A stretch of DNA of 64,000 bases from Callorhinchus milii (taxonomy: Eukaryota): positions 52,764,001 through 52,828,000 of the forward strand of contig NW_024704742.1 of the NCBI RefSeq assembly GCF_018977255.1. Reading direction: 5' to 3'. The translations under genes and the position numbers were made by a program. Positions 23,901-35,900 of the stretch are shown here, one piece after another. The notes beneath the pieces are model-generated. The model had not been told where the DNA came from, did no database searches, and was given only the letters and a program-made list of their open reading frames with translations. Every line of letters starts with the position of its first letter. Positions within the stretch are counted from its first letter, which is position 1.

Positions 23901-26900
23901 AACAGTTGCTCTCCTCCCACCGGCACCTTCCCATGCCAGTGCAGGAAATGCAATACCTGCCCTTTCATTTCCTCCCATACCACTGTCCAGGGCCCAAAAA
24001 CAGTTTTCAAGTGAGACAGTGAGTTACGTGTACTACCACCAATGTAGTTTACTGCATTCACTGCTTGATGTGGTCTCCTCTACACTGGGGAGACGAAACG
24101 CAGATTGGGCGACTGATTTGCTGAACATCTCCGTTCTGTCCACAAGCACAACCCTGAGCTTCCGGTTTCTTGCCACTTCAACTCTCCCTCCCATTCGCAC
24201 TTCTGTTTTTGTTTCAGATTTCCAGTATTTTGCATTTTCTATAATAGTCCAGTCTAGTAGATTAGGCAAATCAGCAAACCCGGCTGACAAGTAAAATAGA
24301 TTGGGTAAAAATCTGCAACATAGAACAGATGGTGGTTGGAGCAGGGTTTCTGCCCTCTGCTGGAATAGTCAACCTTTTTTAGTGTAATTCTTTCTTTGAA
24401 TCTTTGGACTATCACCTGTGCAGGCCTTTTAATTACTGCAGTTGGCTTCCATGTGCAAAACCAGCGGTTTTCAGTTTATAGCTGAAAAGGACAACTTGCA
24501 TCAGTTTACAACAGTTTGGTTCAGTCTGGGAGCCTTGGCAAGCTTGGTAGCTGTTTCTTCCCATGTGCCAAAAGAATTAGCTTCGCGTATCACTTTGGGC
24601 ATGCAGTTGTCATCACTTTTGTGTGGCATGTGGGGACAACCTGAATCAAAAAATCAAGGACATATAACACATATTTTTTTTCAGTTTCTAACTCCTATGA
24701 ATTAAATGCAATCTTGAAGTGTAACCATTTACCAGGAATAAAAATGAGAGAATCCTTTCGCACAGCTAAGATGGGGGGTGTTGTTAATGCGTTCTGTGCA
24801 AAAAAAACCAAAAAAGTAAAATTAAGCTATTTGTCTATATTTCAATTTTAGGACATGGTCATCTTCATTCAGTGCAGCAGCAGCAACAGCAGTTTAAAGA
24901 GCTTCGTGAGCAGTTTGCTCGGAGACTTGCCAACCATCTTAATAATGTCTTCGTCCAACAGGTACACTGAATAATTCATTTTTATGAATTATAGAATTAA
25001 CTTGTTGATTTCAATGGCAATCACCTATATTGGGAAGAACTTAAGAAACATTCTGTGTCCCTTCTTACATAAACTGTACTTTGACCTTCCTTTAATCCCA
25101 TCAATATTTTAAATCAGTAGATATACTTTCACATCCTTAGCCCAAATTTTTTTTAAAATAGGATACACTCATCTTTTATAATTGATGAACTGAGTATAAC
25201 TGACATGGTGGAAATAAGGACAACTGACAAAAGAATCCTTTGCGGGAATCCACATCCATTAAAAATAGACCTTACAGTAGCCACTTTGAAGTGACGCTGT
25301 GAGTTAGGTGCAAGACTGACTGTGGAAATGAAAGCATGATGCAGTCATGCAAACTCGCAATGTTCAATATTGTTCAGTATTAAAATATAAAATCACTATA
25401 CAGTGTATCCTGTGAATTGCTTTAAGATGTCCTATTGATGCGAAAGGCACTATATCAATGCAAGGATTATTATATGAAATCAAATGGTCAGCCCTTGGTA
25501 TGATTGTAAAGAAAGCTTAAAAAAAAATAACTTTGCATTGACATAGTATCTTTCATGTCAGGAGAACATCTTAAAGTGCTTCACAGGATTTACTGTGAAG
25601 TGTAGTGATTGTATTTTGTAGGTTACAAGCCGACTGGCAAAATAAGTTGCGCGCATATTCCAGAAGGCATTGAGCTGGTTTGGATACTGTTACAAATCTG
25701 CACGTTCATCAAGATTTTAACCCATTTGAAACCAGTTTGAAGTTTCATCTTCTCTAAACCTAAGCTTCAAGGACTTCTAGACCCTTTGATGATGTTAATT
25801 TTGTTATGTGTTTCAAGCCAGTTATTCAAGCTCTCCTACAAGTTCATTTGGTTGCCCTTGTCATTGTATCAATACTGATAATCTTATATTGTTTATCTTT
25901 TTCTTTGTTCTGTGCTACACTTTTCATGTTTTTGTTCTTAAATCAGTTCACTCAGAATCTCACCCTGTACTATCGTAGAGCCTCCTACTACTCAGTTTCT
26001 GTGAGTACAATAAGCATGGATCATACTTCAGCCCTTGCTACTTGTCAGGCTTTTAAAAATATTTGTGAATTAAATGCAGCTTTCAAAGTTTGAATATTTT
26101 CCAACAATTTTATGAAATAATTTTTGCCACATTCCTGAGAAAGGTAGAGTATCTTAAATTAAGATTAGTGCTTTAAAACTCAGCATTCATTGAATAAACT
26201 AAAATCTATAATTTTATACTTACTGTAGAAATGCATTGCATTATTCCAAAGATTAAATCTTTGTGAAGCTTAATAATAGCTGATGCTGCTTGGCATACAG
26301 TAGAATTATTTCTCGTTTCCTATTATCTTAAGAGTTTATTTAAATAAATAAAAGCCTGGATTTTGGCTTCCCTTAATGTGTAGGATTTAAATCTAAGCCT
26401 GAATGCCTAATATTCTTAGCTCTTGAAGGATGATTAAGACTAAAATCATGTCTTAAAATGCAAGATTGGGCAGAATTTTGGAAGATTCTTAAATTCAGTC
26501 TTAATTTGGAAACTTTTTTGTTGCACTCTTTAACAACTGCAGAACATTAAGATTGAATTAGATTTTTAAAAATTCTGCACAATTGATGTGCAGCAAAAAA
26601 TGAGGCTAAGACTATGAAATATTTGGGGCCTCAGGTGACTTCTATTTTTTAACTTTTGAAACTGCACCAGAATTCTGTAATTTTAACCAGGTAAGTTCAG
26701 CTAACTCAGCAAGATTTTTCAATCTCCCAGGGAAGTTCACTGATGCCAATTCATCCTTCAGAAAACCTACTTCTGATTAAAGGTTAAATGTATTTTACTG
26801 AACCCACACAGTTGCCATGTAATTTTTGAGAGTTGTCTGTGCACTTTAAACAATGTGCCCTCTATTCATCATTTTACAAAGATTTATGCTTTAGAATTGA

Positions 26901-29900
26901 TGGCTGGGGAACAAACAGTTTGTGCACCACTCCCTAATGTGTTAGCAAAAATTGAGTGCTCCACACAGTTCTATGGTGATGTACCTTGTTTGGAATTTAT
27001 GATGCCCCTGATAAAAGGGCAAATAAGTCAGTGTCCAGATGTCATCCATTTATTATATTTATGATTACTCTGATGATTCAGTGAAATGCATTTTCCCCTT
27101 TAAGGCAGGCTGTGATGATTTTCCTTAAATTTGATTGTGTCGCTTGCCCTTAATGCTTTGGATTTGGGTAAGTAAGCTTCCAAACTCTGCCAGAATTTCA
27201 GTTAGCAAGTTGAAATTTGGATTTCAGAAATGACGCATGAAATGTGCACTAAATCCTAGTCTATTGTATATGTTGTACTGTCAGCTAAATTTGCTGCTTT
27301 AATTTATTGTGGATTTGCAAAGAAAATGGCTGTTGCTTTTGCTGGTGGTGCAGTGACTTATCTAAACCTTGATGGGTCAATGGCCTGTTTCTGTGGTATA
27401 ACATTCTAAGATACTATAAACATTTTAAAATGGTTTATAGTAACTTAGAATCCTAGCCTGTTGCAACTTGCTTTTAATGTTTCAGAAAGTGTTTTTAAGA
27501 ATTTCATTTTATTAAAGTAATTACTGCCAGTGAACCAGTAGCCACAATGCTGGATTCAACTTAACTTGAAATTTGAACTCTGGGTAGGTCGGGTTTCTTG
27601 TTCTTGTGGAAGAGTAATCACTTCCTGCTCTCCTAGTTTGGAAAGGCAGTAATTTATATATTTATGTGTATTACAGCAATTTCAACACAGCAAATATTGT
27701 GACAAAAAGAGCTTGCCCACCCCGAGAGATTAGGGAAATGTTTCTAATGAGAGAGAATTAATTGTCTCTAACACTTCAAGCTTTTGTTTTGATTTTAAGA
27801 GTGCAGGAGTGTATGCGGGTGCACTGGTTAAAGAATCACTGTGTAAATCACCACTAAAATAATAGTTCTTACATCTAGTATGATGCCTTTCATGTTGGGA
27901 GCACAGAAGTGTATAACAAGGTATACTGTAAAGTGTAGTTACTGTGTGTTTGGGTGAACATCCACAGAGAAGATCTTTATTTCATAAGTTCTGCAGTATA
28001 TTTTGCAATGAACATGATTATTATCAAATTGTATAGTGTATGATATATATGCCAGTTACATAGTTTAAAAAATGGACTGAACAAATTACCTGTTCTGGTT
28101 CAGAATGACAGTCTTGCATTGAGCAGAATAATGTATACTCCTCTACAAGTGTTATGTGTTACACTGAGGCAACTATGTTGTGCAAGAATGTTGCACTCGG
28201 CTGATGTAATAGAGCTCAGCAGCATTTATTGGGAATGATTAGGCATATAGCAACTCACTGCTACTAAAGTGACACCACCCAGCTCAAACCTCAAAGGGTT
28301 TTCAGCTCACAGTGGTTCACAGGGAAGTAATTTTGGGCAGTTTCTTTCACTGCATGGGTGAAATAAATTTACACATATGATGTGATCACTTCTCATGCAG
28401 TAATGGCCTACATACGTTTTTGTATCAAATGGGACAAAAAAAACAAATACAGAGTCACCCTGTTATAGCCCCTCCCTTCCAAAACTCTGCAGCCCGTGTC
28501 CTCTCCCGCACCAGGCTCCGCGACCCTATCACTCCCCATCCTCACCCAGCTCCAGTGGCTTCCCATCACTCAGAGGATACAGTTCAAGATCCTGGTCCTC
28601 ACCTTCAAAACCCTTCACAGCCTTGTTCCCCCCTACCTTTGGGAACTCCTAACTCGCTACGAACCTGTCCGCTCCCTCCGCTCAGCGAGCTACAGCCTGC
28701 TTCACGTGCCCCATCATTGGTAGGCGGGTTTTCAGCCTCTCTGTCCCCACCGTGTGGAACTCCATCCCACAGTCCCTTGGCCTTGCCCCCTCCTTTGCCT
28801 CCTTCAAGACCTATCTCAAGACCCTCCTCATTGACTGTGCTTTCGGTCACCATCTTACTCCTACCCTCCCCGCCCTCCACTCCTCCTGATCCCAACCACC
28901 AGCTCAGGTGTGGATGGCTGACTGTCCAGCACCTTGGGATGTCCTCCTGACGTAAAAGGCGCTATACAAATGTAATTTGTTGTTGTTAACACGGGTTTGC
29001 TTATAGCACTGGTATCCTGTGGACATACACTAACCAGAAGTACACCGGCTTCTTGTGCTGGCTAACCTCCAGGACAATAGCTCTCCACCCGTGGGCTATT
29101 TGCCAGAAGCACTGTTAACATCCCTTCCAGTGTGCTGGCATTGCTATGAAGATTTTGTTTTTCTTCAGATTAAGAACCTAAAACTTAGACTAAGAAAAGG
29201 CTTCTGTTCTATCAAACCTGTTCCTTCCAAGCCAAACTACTATCATGATCTCGACCCCATCATCTATTTCTAGAGGCATATTGTACAGATATTATATGCC
29301 CTCATCCTTTATGTATATTATAGCTAGACTGATTGTTCTTTTTTTGCTTTGAATTCTGGAATCAAAGTTTCATAATCGTTTATATTATTCTGGTCCCTGC
29401 TGAAGGCTGTTTTCGGAATAGAAGGGAGAAAATATTAAACTAGGGGAGAAGGAAAAAAGCACAAACCCAATTGATCATGTTTGAACTGATTGTGTTTGAC
29501 ACTGATATTTTTCAGGGACATGACCAGAGCTCCACCCTGGCTCAACACTCGATTGAACTGACTCTACCTAAGCATCAACCTTTTCATCGCGATCTACTCA
29601 GATATGCAAAGCTGATGGAGTGGCTAAAGAACACTGACCATGAGAAGTATGAAGGTCTGAATAAGGTAAAAAGATCTCGCTCGCTCCAAGCCACAGGAGC
29701 AAGTTTGGGTTTTTCTGTTCCTTTTGCCATGTGCCGTATCTTTGAACGTTCCATGAGCAGTCTGGCCATTCATATGGCAAAACCATATTGCCTCACATAA
29801 AAGAATCACATACTGTTCTTTTTCTTTTACTCTCTCTTTCACTCTCTGCCTTTTTCTCCTTCTGAGTCTCTCTTTCTTTCTCTCTCTACCATATCTCCTT

Positions 29901-32900
29901 TTCTCTTTGGCAAGCAGAATAGGGATTAAAACAATGTCATAAATTCTTATGTTTTAGATAGCTGTCTATTTTTTGCCTTCAAAGTAGGTTGGTTGACCTT
30001 AAGCATTTTAATGGTTTTTAAAAAAAAACTTGAAAGTCGGAATTGATCAATAAAGCCTTTTGGCTCAACATTTATAAGTTTTTTTCAGTGCTATAAAGTG
30101 CTTTTATAATCATGAATGTGCAAACATTTCATTGCAGGTTCTAGAGCTACAGGCCCTTCAGTGTTCAATAAAAAAAATTGAAAATTAATTCTGCACTGTT
30201 ATGATATGAGTGAAACACTAAAAGATTAAATAAATTGGGAAATAATTAAGCTCTACTTTACTACAATTATTGATCTATTTTGTAAAATTAGTTTTATGAC
30301 AAGCAAAGCATTAAAAAGAATATTAGGAATTTAATTAATTTGTCAGTTAGCACACAGCCTCAACCCAGTTCTTAATTGGCATGTCCTTTCCTGTTCTTGA
30401 GTTGCGTTTTCTCCACATCAAACAATACATATTAAACTTGGAATTAATATCCTTGAATTAACTATGTTTCTTATATTGGTGTGTGTTATTTGTTGTTACT
30501 AAACACAGTATTGGTATTATTGTCTGATATGAACTAATAATACACTCAGTTACTTGTATTGTTGTCCAGTTTTGTAATCCTTGAACTAGTTTTGGTGTCT
30601 GGTAGAATGCAGCCCTGTTAATAACACTCTTCACTGTAGCTCCAATTTATTTTTAATGTGAATTCCATTTAATGTGCATCCTTGTAGTTGGCCTGGGTTA
30701 TAATGAGGATGCACTGTATTTGCTGTTGGCGGATTCAGTATAATTGATTATGTCCAATGCTTTGTCTTTTATTCTGTTTAATTGTTAAATAGGAAATTCA
30801 TTACTTCTTTTGTTATTTATTTGAAACCCTATTTAACGCCTGCCCATCTGTTTGTGCAAACACAAATGATTATTCGTAAATGACAGCTGGATGCAAAAGA
30901 GTGGCAAAGCTGCTAGGCATTCATGGGGCTACTCTTTCCAATGATCAAGTCAAGGAAAACCTTGTATCTTACCCTTCGGCAATGCTTACCATTCACTCTC
31001 ATAGGACTTGTGCCCTACACAAGTCCTATTGGCAACTGCAATATTTTATAATCCACAGTTGAATTTGGCACAACATAATATATTAAAGAACTAAATTTGC
31101 AGTTTTTTTTCCTTTACAGAATTATGTAGATTATATATGTAGATTATATGAACGGGAAATTAAGGAATTCTTTGAGGTTGCAAAAATCAAAATGACTGGC
31201 ACATCAAAAGAAGGAAAAAAGTTTGGTAAGTTGATTCTCCTGTGAGCTGAGCCATTCATGCTGCTGACCAATGCTAAATGCAAAGGATTCTGAAGACTGA
31301 CAAGTGTTTAAAGCATTTCACATGGATTGCATTCCTGGTGTATTTGACTGTCAAAGTTACCAAATATAATTTCTGTAAATAATTAATTGTCACTAATAAC
31401 TTTTCATTGCCATATACCAATATTTTAGGGTATTCAATGACTGAGAAATGACAGTGTTTACAGTTTACAAAGTTTGGTACAGATTGAGTTTAGATTCAAA
31501 ACCCTTCAGCTAAAAAGAGTTATCTACCAGTTCTACAGACGTTAGGTTAGTGTTGGCAAGCAGTTTTGAGTAGACACATGAATGGAAGTATAATATTTCT
31601 ATTAACTATTTTCTGAAGATTTTTGGTTATGTCGTCAATTTTAACCATGCTTATTATTTAACTAGATTCAATTGCCAAGGATGGCTTTAAATTTGAATAT
31701 TGTCTGTAGCTTCACCCTTGCAACAACATGAAAGTCAGTCTAGTTTTTTGTGCTCCTTTGCTGATGTAATTTAACTGCAATGTTTCCTGCATGAATACAA
31801 TAACTATTTATAGGTACAGTAAAATAAATAGTTGAAACCATTGAAAACATTCATCCATTAAACTTTCATGGTAATATTTGAATTGTAGTTTTTTTTAAAA
31901 AGATTTCAGATTTTCAAAATTAGTTTGTCAAAACACCCTTATAATAATTCTTGCATTTGATATAACACCTTATCATGTCATTTTCTTAATCACTCTAATT
32001 ATTTTAAAATAAATTCTATGTTTGTGGAATCAGAAAAAAACATACAATCTTAATGTGGCTGGATTGTAACTGATACTATTACTTAAATTATAATTTCTGC
32101 TGTGTAACTGATGCTCAGTTTCACTTACCTTTTGAGAATTTAATTTTTGGCTGAGATCCTAGAGTTTTAACGTTCATAGATAAAGTGAAATCCTTGGACA
32201 GCTTTTATTGTGAAGAATTCTTTTAAAATGAAACAGTAAGAACGTCAAGTTTGTTTTGTCAAATTTGCACATCTGAAATTGCGTCAGATGCAATTTGTTG
32301 AGGAGACTGTTCAATAATAAGAAATAATTTATAATAATCTTCATTTGATATTATGCCTATCACACCAGGAGATCATCTCAAAGCAGATTTTTTCAAGCAG
32401 TGATTGTATTTTGTAGTCAGTGTAAATATTAAGAATTTTTTTCAATCTCAGTGAAAATAGGATTGTGATCCTGTAGAGGGAACCATGAAAGAATAATGTG
32501 TATTTTATAGTCGCATGCTTTGGCTGTTGTACAGAATAACATAACACAAGTGTAGCTATGTTATGCTCGCATGTATGTATTTCTCGGCTAGCACCTAACT
32601 AACATCCTTCATCTGCACGGTGTGTGCTACCGGCATATTATTTAACCTGTCTTTGTCTTTTGACGCCTGCTATCTAATGCCATGCAGCTACGCTTCCTCG
32701 AAAAGAGAGTGCTGTCAAACAGGATCCCGAGAGTGAGTACTGCTTCCTTCATCAAACTGCTTTCTAATATCACTCACTCCAGTCTTTACTGACAGGAAAA
32801 TGTTAACATTGATTTTACTAAAAAAATTATAAAATTAGATAGTACCCTCTTGCTCCGAGCTTTGTACAAGGTTTCAAGTAGCTTAAAAAGTCGATCAATG

Positions 32901-35900
32901 CTTTTCTGACGAAGAAATATTTCCTTCCGGTGTGTGTTGCAAACAGCTTACTTCTAAATGTTTATGGAATAATTTGGTGCTTTAAGAACTGCTGGGTTAA
33001 TGCCTTAGTTAGTCTGTATAATCTGAGTAATGGGTAGCCAACGGCCTTTTGTTTATGCTTCCTGCTTTCTGCTTCATACTGCAGACTTTTTTTTAACGGA
33101 AAAAAGCAAAACAATTCAGATGAACTGGTTTGATATTATGAAGATGCTCAGTCTTCAATTCCTCTCTCACCAAGTTCCAACAGTTGGAATTTGTGGGGAA
33201 GGAGAGAACGGAAGGAAAGTGGGTGAATGTAGGATTGTGCTTCATCATGAGCATTATTTTTAATCTACATATCTTTCCTGTTCACCCAAGAAATAAATAA
33301 CTTTACTCCTGAGAGAAAAACAAAACAACTTGTTTTGCAGATTTAAGTGGACTGAAATGAGAAATTATTCACAAAACCTAGTAAATATGTAAACCAACAA
33401 TTTATCTAAATTGAATCCTCCTGTAAGGTTTTAGATAAAGTATTCTGTTTTTAGCAAAATAAATCAGGTCTGAACATTTCACTGGAAATTAAATCCTGTA
33501 CAACTAATTGGCACTAGTAATCGGAGTAGTTGTTGCCGTTATTCATTTAGATTGTTGAACTACAGGTCTTCATGGAAGTTCTGGGAAACTTACTGGCTCC
33601 ACCTCCAGCCTCAACAAGCTGACTGTGCAGGGAGCAGGAAGCCGTCGCTCTCAATCGTCCTCTTTACTGGACATGGGAAACATGTCCTCATCGGACCTCG
33701 ATGTAGCCGACAGAACTAAGTTTGATAAGGTAACAAACAGTCTTATCAATAAACTAAATTCACCATCCCTCTATGTAGAGCGATGGAAATATTCAACTTC
33801 TTGGTGAATTTATTACTTTGTGCATTAATTTCCCCAAGGCACACATGTTTTTTCAACTTGAGACAAAAATTAGATGCGGTGCTCAGAGTCTACCACAAAA
33901 TGTTACAGTTGGTATTTTAAAAAATACATGCATGTTCGGGATTAATAACCATTAAAAAAATTTATTTAACTGTAAATGTATCTATTATCCATAAAGCTCA
34001 GAGCTAGAGTCTTGCTATGCAACTTATAAGATGATGATAATATGCAAACAGTGTGATTAATTTGTACTTATGGGATGATAGGCCACTATGCAAATCGGGA
34101 AACGTGCTTGGAAGTTAGAATTGGACAGACTCCAATACAACAGTGTTGGAATAATAATCGTATTCGATAGAGTGCCTCATCACTTCATCTGGACGTCTCA
34201 AAGTGCTTTACAGAGTATATTGTAAAGTGACTTGACTGTATATTTTGTGGGAGAAACGCAGCAAACAATTGCACACAGCAGTGTCCCACAGTCATTGAGC
34301 GACCAAATTATAATTATTTTATTCATTTTTTTGAAGGGATTAATACCACCGGAAAAGCAATTGGAGATTGACTAACAGCCAGGTTCCTACTTTCTGCTAG
34401 GTAAACAGTGGTAGTGTAAGGAAACTTGCCTTAAGAGTTGTACGGTATATTCTGATTTTATCGGTTTAGTTCTGTAGACCATTATAGAAGAGATCCAACT
34501 TGGTTGCCTCATACTCAACATTGATTCTCTTTGTGTAGATATTTGAGCAAGTCCTGAGTGAGTTGGAGCCCCTTTGTCTGGCTGAGCAAGATTTCATCAG
34601 CAAATTCTTCAAGCTACAACAGAATCCTGCTTTACTGGGGACAATAATGGTATGATATGCTTACATTTTATTGATAAATCTTTGGTTTGTTAAAAAGAGC
34701 CATAGTCTTTATTACCTGAGAAGGGAGGGAAAAAGACAACCGTTATTTTCATCATGTGTTCGTGGCCTTCCAGTGCAGTACATCATTATGTCAAATTGCT
34801 TCACAAACAAAACCTTTGCCAAGCACTTTAAAGTTTGAAGCTACTTATGGTTAGTTGATGAAGCCATATTACTGCAACATTACTTTTTCCTGCAGTACGT
34901 CTGAATTTCTCATTGATGCATTAGGGAATTTGTTTTGACCGTTCAGCATTTTTAATACCATCGGAAGTTTAAAATGAAATTTAGTGGATTAGTTACTTAT
35001 GGATTTCATGTTTCCTTTTGTATTCCTGATGTTGATTAAAACCATTAAAGATTGTCTTGTCATTTAAGATAGTTTGTATAATAATTTCCTTCAATATTGT
35101 AACTTAACTAGAAGTGTGAGCAACTTCATTACTATTGCACACAAAGCCTAACCCTAAAAAAATTCAACCATTTGCTTGTTGGATAAAATAAGGCTCAATG
35201 TTGAACCTTGTAGTAGACTAGATGCTCATGAGGCTATTAATGGAAGTAGTCAACTACTGACAGTATAGAAAAAAGACGATTATCCTCTCTACTTTCGAGT
35301 AGTTCCATCGTGGATAAGGAAACCCAGCAGATAATTGGTCATCATTAAAATACAAACTTGCTACATTGCTAACTGCAAATTTCTCGAGATTATTCCTGAG
35401 TCCAAATCATTAATGTGAACAACAATGGTCCAAATACTGATCCTTGTGGAACATCACTGCTCACCCCCTGCCAGCCAGATTTTCTTATTATTTTTGTGGG
35501 ATCTTATCAACTTATAATTTAATTAATTTTTTCAATTTGTATTTGTTATCAATGTCAACAATGGCTGCCGTGGATGTCATTTCTTGTGCGTGCGTGTGTG
35601 TTAGAATGAATTGCTAATGACCTGTATCCATGGCAACCAGACAATCCAGAAGACATATTTTTGTAATTAGTTTGGAATTTTGTAAAATAATAAAATTTAC
35701 TTTATCAATGAAAATGTATTTTTGCTAGATTATAGAAAATCTCCCAAAATTATTCATGTTTACAGATTTCTTCAGCAACCCTAAGCACAGTTGTACAAGT
35801 ACAATGTGACATTGTAACAATCTGATTGCTATGTCTATTTATTAGACAATTAACTTTCTGAAGTAGAATTCAGTCTAACTATTAGTGTATAGACAACTGT

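Noticed and set aside
35190..35340. Possible EXOC1 linker exon
   Set aside because: No clean splice sites or open frame; 36139-36218 fits the phase and homology instead
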